DNA of 64,000 nucleotides from Candidatus Eiseniibacteriota bacterium (GTDB taxonomy: Bacteria > Eisenbacteria > RBG-16-71-46 > CAZEPH01): contig JBGATO010000014.1 of NCBI GenBank assembly GCA_044229145.1, positions 1 to 64,000 of the forward strand. Direction: 5' to 3'. Both the position numbers and the translations under genes were made by a program. Below the pieces are notes generated by a model that was given only the letters and a program-made list of their open reading frames with translations, was not told where the DNA came from and searched no databases. Position 1 is the first letter of the stretch; each line of letters opens with the position of its first letter. Shown in pieces: positions 60,201 to 64,000 of the stretch.

Positions 60201-61536
60201 CGAGACCGCCGCTGGCGAGACCTTGCAGCACGCCGAGCGCGCCGGCGCCATTGCCGCTGTGCAACATGCCGGTGTAGTTGGCGTCGCGCGGGATGACGCG
60301 CAGGCCGGTGCCGTTCGACAGCGTGTGGATTTGGTGGTTGTCGTAGCCGCGGCACGCCGGATCGTCGTCGAGGATGACCGCGCTGGCGCCGTGATTCTTG
60401 AGTTGGTTCGCCACCATGACGTCGTTGCTGATGACGTGCGCGTTGGGATACACGAGACCGCTCACCCACACGCGCTCGGGCACCCACCACACCTTCGGCC
60501 AGTAGTTGTAGCGAAAGTTCGACATCTGATTGGCGATGTTGCTCGACCACGCGTTCATGCCGTCTTGGATGAACTGCATGATCGACTGGCCGTACGGACT
60601 CGCGCCGATCGCCGCCCAGCCGTTGGTGACGCCGCGCTTGAGCCAGCCGTTGAAGTCGAGGGTGTCGCCTTGTTCGTGCTGCCAGTCCGCCACCGCTTGC
60701 AGCGTGCCGCCGAGTTCGAAGTTGCCGGGAACGTGCGTGGCTTCGTGGATCTGCAGCTGTTCGTCGTAGCCGCTCGCGCTCTCGCGTCCGGGATCGCCGA
60801 TGAAGTTCGTGGTGTAGGCGAGCGATTGATTGCCGTGGTGATAGAAGGCGGTGTGCGCTTCGTAGGTCACCGGGCCGAGCGCGGTGGGGCCGAGCACGTC
60901 CCGCACGCGGCCGCCTTGCACGGTGACGACGGTGAGACGCAGACGATCATTGACCGCGGCGCCGGCGGGCCAGTCGGCGGGCCGCGCGATGCGCGCCTCG
61001 AGCAGATCGTAGCGGAGGTCGCGCGACACCTCGCGCACCGTTTCGGGCGCCGCGCCGTTCGGCGTCGCGAGGCTGGCGTGGGCGGCGCCGCGCGCATCGA
61101 CGTCGAGCCGCAGCGCGCGTTGCCAGGCCACCGGCGCCTCGCCGCCAACACCATCGGGCAGCGTGCGCGCGCCGCCGTCACCGTAGGAGAGCAGCGCGTA
61201 GACCGTCACCGCGTCGGCGCGGAAGTTGTCGACGCGCCGCGCCATGTCGGTCATCGACACGAGGTCGACGCGCACGGCGAGATCGCCGGAGGCATCGCTG
61301 CCGGCGTAGACGGAGAGCAGATCGGCGGCGTCATTGCCGGCGTCACCGACCGTGTCGAGGCCGCGCAGCGTCGACTCGTTCCATACCAACGTGCGGCCGA
61401 CCGGCGCGATGTGCGCGTCGCCGGCGTAGCGGTGTGCCTCGGCGGCACGCGGAGCGAGCGCGGCGAGCGCACCGAGCGCGACCAGGATGCGGGGCAGCGG
61501 CAATGCGCGACGCCGGAACGCAGCGCGGGTGCTCAT
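57298..61536 (-). CDS. Secreted multidomain GH57-family glycoside hydrolase (alpha-amylase/4-alpha-glucanotransferase-like) with FlgD-Ig C-terminal domain
   Basis: HHGNQ (region I), WVPERVW (nucleophile Glu), VYADDWE (acid/base Asp), DIDNDG..E; C-terminus WDGR..G..APAGIY; ATGA overlap with lacI. Confidence 0.8.
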   Translation of the reverse strand: MSTRAAFRRRALPLPRILVALGALAALAPRAAEAHRYAGDAHIAPVGRTLVWNESTLRGLDTVGDAGNDAADLLSVYAGSDASGDLAVRVDLVSMTDMARRVDNFRADAVTVYALLSYGDGGARTLPDGVGGEAPVAWQRALRLDVDARGAAHASLATPNGAAPETVREVSRDLRYDLLEARIARPADWPAGAAVNDRLRLTVVTVQGGRVRDVLGPTALGPVTYEAHTAFYHHGNQSLAYTTNFIGDPGRESASGYDEQLQIHEATHVPGNFELGGTLQAVADWQHEQGDTLDFNGWLKRGVTNGWAAIGASPYGQSIMQFIQDGMNAWSSNIANQMSNFRYNYWPKVWWVPERVWVSGLVYPNAHVISNDVMVANQLKNHGASAVILDDDPACRGYDNHQIHTLSNGTGLRVIPRDANYTGMLHSGNGAGALGVLQGLASGGLGPYRIVVYADDWEMPASLGEWKSSMPMAKETYDWMINKCQAENAWLHTWDLAAALGNANFNGSASMTPTFGTYGSIGGTNGYGGNNNSWYGDWAGYVPGANGGVNGGCAGTGGNCKNYGALWNDAWSALAAAPANTISESGWYTLMTNLYETGWHDYLGGPISGWEHNNSAHIKQASVYAEAARWAGGLYVNPAAAYFSDIDNDGYQELILYNDRVFAVFEANGGRAVNVFAKGSGYAYPVIGDDNVYWYGTQADYNDGNHVGALSDVSPNMQDQPYTMSVVQGLGSTVSAKLVNANGLIKTVSLTLGQPYLDVIYQTGTATDYIQSGFSPDLVNLVWNGKMSRVWSGGGTPTYSGYRNPNSGATGAWVWGSGGASFNKSFAATLMKGDEIRGSGTFEVLLYAGATSTPDVNGKVAELDTLATQLVDRVGPIANAATWVQATGQLSIAFGDYVQAPSFIVSGIGIDSNNDGVAEVTLDAGTQVLSTGAPSTIKLQTPPATQAAINSLAHINLRLLIPANAARDLNYIGNAAITNVDNLMLNWNAPTIVTIDGKVDAAQWTSCTRAVADSNDSQWTSSNEIDALYCTWDSTYLYFGIDATVTANSLLLYLDTDPGGPNGQTDLRAIDIWDRNAQFTAPGFKADWQYGSYQHQGNFDSEGFWQIVSATHAVDSTQATIMAFDPKHLQGAASGVELAIPWNSLYSLGNGHVPANCAIAFVASVAWDTGDLGGDSAPSNTGGVALPLVNNVKTLVVDANGDGVPDVADASGPLLLSATAPADTQAVVTFNELLEAASAQAPSHFVIYQTSNPTNTVSVTGAVLGVDGKTVTLTTGQQDLVGYTLSVSGVRDSSCARNTIAPNSQIAFNGLTASGDPAPRQRALMAIRALPNPSRRLAHLAFDAPAGEVAVSIFDAGGRVVRRLATVRHGGGPGTVTWDGRTSAGAVAPAGIYVATLSGGGRTVRTRLVRVP

Positions 61537-62603
61537 GCAGGTCTCCTCGACGGATGCAGGGCGCTGCCCTCGGCGGTGCGCGCGGCGGCGAGGCGGGCCC
61601 CACACGACTCGCGCACGACGATTTGCGTCTCGATGCGCGTGACCGCGGGTTCGCCCTCGTCGCCGGCGAGCAGCGACAGCAGCGTGTCGGTCGCCTGGCG
61701 GCCGATGTCGTACATCGGCTGGCGGATGGTGGTGAGAGGAGGCGTGACGTAGGAACTCAGGGCGATGTCGTCGGCGCCGGCCAGCGCGATGTCGCGCGGC
61801 ACGTCGAGACCGCTTTCGCGCGCGACGCGCAACGCGCCGAGCGCCATCATGTCGTTGGCGGCGAACACCGCGGTGGGGCGCGGGCGCAGCGCCAGCATCT
61901 GGCGCATCGCCTCCGCCCCACTCTCCTCGGAGAAGTTGCCGTAGACGACGTAGCCGTCACGCACCGGCAGCCCGGCCTCCGCCATCGCCGCGCGATAGCC
62001 GGCGGTGCGCTCGAGACCGACCGTGGTGCTGTCCAAGCCGCCGATGTAGCCGATGCGCTCGTGTCCGAGCGAGACGAGATGCCGCACCATCGCCTTGGCG
62101 CCGCTGACATTCTCCGCCACCACGCCGGCGGCGCCCGGCAGCACGCTGTTGACCAGCGCCACCGGATGCCCGCTCTTCACCAACTTCTCGACGAAGGTGT
62201 CCGAGGTGAGCGTGCCGACCACCAACATGCCGTCGATCTGGCGTTCGCGGAACAGACGCAAGCCGGCCATCGTGCGCACCCACTCCGGCGTCGCCACCTC
62301 GATGACCAAGTGGAGCCCGCGCGCGGCGAGCGCGTCGCCGATTCCGGAAATCGCCTCGGAGAAGTAAAAGTCGCTCAGCACGTGCGAGCCGGTCACCGGG
62401 ACCACCACCGCCACCATGTCGCTGCGCCGGCGCGCCAGGCCGCGCGCCATCGCGTTGGGCTCGTAGCCCTCGCGCTCGATCACGTCCCACACCCGGCGCT
62501 TGGTGACGTCGGAGATGCGCGGGCTGTGATTGAGCACCAGCGAGACGGTGGAACGCGACACGCCGGACAGGCGGGCGATGTCGCGAATGGTCAGTTGCTT
62601 CAC
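61533..62603 (-). CDS. LacI-family transcriptional regulator
   Basis: TIRDIARLSGVSRSTVSLVLN, YEPNAMARGL, FAANDMMALG, PPLTTIRQP, VRESC. Confidence 0.95.
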   Translation of the reverse strand: MKQLTIRDIARLSGVSRSTVSLVLNHSPRISDVTKRRVWDVIEREGYEPNAMARGLARRRSDMVAVVVPVTGSHVLSDFYFSEAISGIGDALAARGLHLVIEVATPEWVRTMAGLRLFRERQIDGMLVVGTLTSDTFVEKLVKSGHPVALVNSVLPGAAGVVAENVSGAKAMVRHLVSLGHERIGYIGGLDSTTVGLERTAGYRAAMAEAGLPVRDGYVVYGNFSEESGAEAMRQMLALRPRPTAVFAANDMMALGALRVARESGLDVPRDIALAGADDIALSSYVTPPLTTIRQPMYDIGRQATDTLLSLLAGDEGEPAVTRIETQIVVRESCGARLAAARTAEGSALHPSRRPA

Positions 62604-62706
62604 GTGGTCCCTGCTCGAGATGGATGGCGGCCGCAACGCCCTCGGCGTCGCGCGGGGGGCCGTCTCATGGCGATCGGGGCCGGCCGCGTCTCGGAGGGGC
62701 GTGAGC

Positions 62707-62722
62707 AGTGGAGCGGTCCACC
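62707..62722. promoter_or_regulatory. LacI-type operator palindrome in the lacI leader
   Basis: AGTGGAGCGGTCCACC, 13/16 identical to the 43636 site with symmetric substitutions. Confidence 0.65.
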
Positions 62723-62800
62723 TGCCGGCTGCTGTCGGTCCGGATCGCGGAACGACGTGGGTGTGCGGAGACGGCGGGCAGGAGGTGGCGCTTCTCCCAA

Positions 62801-62830
62801 ACGTTACGGAGCCGGGGCGCCGCGCGTCAA
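62801..62830 (-). promoter_or_regulatory. sigma70 promoter of the lacI-malG operon
   Basis: TTGACG-18 nt-TAACGT. Confidence 0.65.
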
Positions 62831-62851
62831 GGACGAAGCACGAGCGCGGGG

Positions 62852-64000
62852 CTAACGGCGACGTCTGGCCCGCGCCGGGCGCTCCGGGACGAACTCGGCG
62901 ACGTGCCCCTGCTCCTCGCCGGCCGCGGTCTCGGACCACGCGAGATAGAGCCGGCCGCCGGACACCGCCAACCGGCCGATGCCCCGCGGGTGCGGCAGGT
63001 TCGCGGGCGCCAAACCCGGAACCGCCGTGGCGCGCACACGCCCATCCGCCACGTCGAGCCGCACGATGCGCCAGCGTGTCGAGGCGCCGTCGCGCTCCAG
63101 CCAGCCGGCGTAGGCGCGCTCCCCGTCGAGCGCGGCGACGCTTGGGCGCCCGATCACCGCACCGCCGCGCGCCAAGTCGATCGGCGCGCTGCTGAGCGAC
63201 CCGTCGGGGCCGACGAGCGCCGCCCGCACGCGCGGCGAGTCCGCCGCCGCGGCGGTGAACCACACCAGGAGCGTCCGGCCGCGGCCCACCATTGCGGCCG
63301 ACGGACCGTTCACCGGACACCCGTCGATCTGCCAGCCGTCGCCCGAGACGTCGCGCGAGACGCCGCCGGCGGAGGGCACCACCGAGATGTCGCGCCGCTC
63401 GTCGCCCGCGCGGTCGCGGTAGAACACCAGCCCGCCCGCCGCGGCCAGCGGGCAGCAATCGCAGGCGCGAGGGTCGAGCACCCGTTCGGCCAGGACGCGC
63501 AGATGCGGGACACCCGCCGCGTCGCGGCCGATTCCGAGGTCGGCCGCCCGCAGCTCGGTGCCGGGACGTTCGCCGCCGCCGGGGTCGGCGGGCGCGTCGG
63601 CGGCGACGCGATGCCGCGCGTCGAGCCAATACACCCGCGCCGCCTGGCCGCCGCCGGCGTCCAGCGTCGCGAAGCCGCGTTCGACGGCAGAGGTCTCGGC
63701 GTGGGGCGACAGCGCCGGCCCCCACGTCCCGCCGCCATCCACAGAAGCCGCCAGCCCGATCGACGCTGCCTCGTCGCCGCCCTCCATCTCCTCGCTCCAG
63801 TGCGCCAGCCACGGCCATCCGGCCGCCGCCGCGCCTACCGCGACACCCGGAGCATCGGCCCAGTTGGCGAGCAGGCGTGACGAGTGCGTCACCGTCGAAA
63901 CCGGCCCGAGCTTTCCGTCGACCCAACTCGCGCAGCGCAGGGCGATGTCGCCCGCGGACGGCTCGCACCAGGACAACAACAGACCGCCGTGCGGCGCGCC
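62852..64000 (-). CDS. Sialidase/BNR-like beta-propeller protein, 5' end outside the window
   Basis: Asp-box SVDGGGTW, NWAD.P, WLDAR, CDCC, W.IDGCPVNGP. Confidence 0.7.
   Translation of the reverse strand, partial: GAPHGGLLLSWCEPSAGDIALRCASWVDGKLGPVSTVTHSSRLLANWADAPGVAVGAAAAGWPWLAHWSEEMEGGDEAASIGLAASVDGGGTWGPALSPHAETSAVERGFATLDAGGGQAARVYWLDARHRVAADAPADPGGGERPGTELRAADLGIGRDAAGVPHLRVLAERVLDPRACDCCPLAAAGGLVFYRDRAGDERRDISVVPSAGGVSRDVSGDGWQIDGCPVNGPSAAMVGRGRTLLVWFTAAAADSPRVRAALVGPDGSLSSAPIDLARGGAVIGRPSVAALDGERAYAGWLERDGASTRWRIVRLDVADGRVRATAVPGLAPANLPHPRGIGRLAVSGGRLYLAWSETAAGEEQGHVAEFVPERPARARRRR

Noticed and set aside
62600..62800. 66-aa uORF overlapping the lacI start (GTGA)
   Set aside because: TTG start lies upstream of the predicted +1; no RBS; low-complexity sequence
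242..63880. Many long Arg/Ala/Gly-rich ORFs (e.g. 6154-10008 -, 33124-36120 +, 39748-43656 +, 57430-59817 +)
   Set aside because: Antisense or off-frame shadows of real genes, expected in high-GC DNA; no motifs
1..64000. CRISPR arrays, tRNA/rRNA, prophage, integron or retroelement genes
   Set aside because: None seen by eye; intergenic gaps are short and the repeats present are protein-coding (kelch, TVNG, hexapeptide)

Overview
High-GC bacterial DNA, almost all coded on the minus strand. Secreted proteins with T9SS/FlgD-type C-terminal domains, a PorV-like gene and a C-terminal 'SWGxIKALYR' tail suggest an FCB-affiliated lineage such as Ca. Eisenbacteria or Latescibacterota (inference). Left to right: (i) two tandem 12-repeat kelch proteins, a methyltransferase and an SH3/beta-propeller protein (0.2-9 kb); (ii) a surface/protein glycosylation region (9.6-31.8 kb) with wbpB/D/E/I-like genes, UDP-GlcA decarboxylase, hddA/hddC, GT2/GT4, two GT-C proteins (one DUF2723/TMEM260-like) and a flippase-like protein. 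It is interrupted by a small island carrying a TA pair, an intact IS5-family element and an antitoxin pseudogene; (iii) ribD-ribE-ribBA-ribH-nusB, a frameshifted lipoprotein and radC (32.5-40 kb); (iv) the most interesting part (40-63 kb), a LacI-headed alpha-glucan (starch/glycogen/maltodextrin) utilisation operon without SusC/SusD. It encodes a 1412-aa secreted GH57, a PorV-like barrel, two unassigned outer-membrane barrels (one CBM48-fused), three glucan-binding lipoproteins and MalEFG. A satellite two-gene operon shares a palindromic LacI-type operator with it. All calls rest on motif recognition by eye; no database searches were run. Start codons were re-chosen from RBS and overlap evidence.
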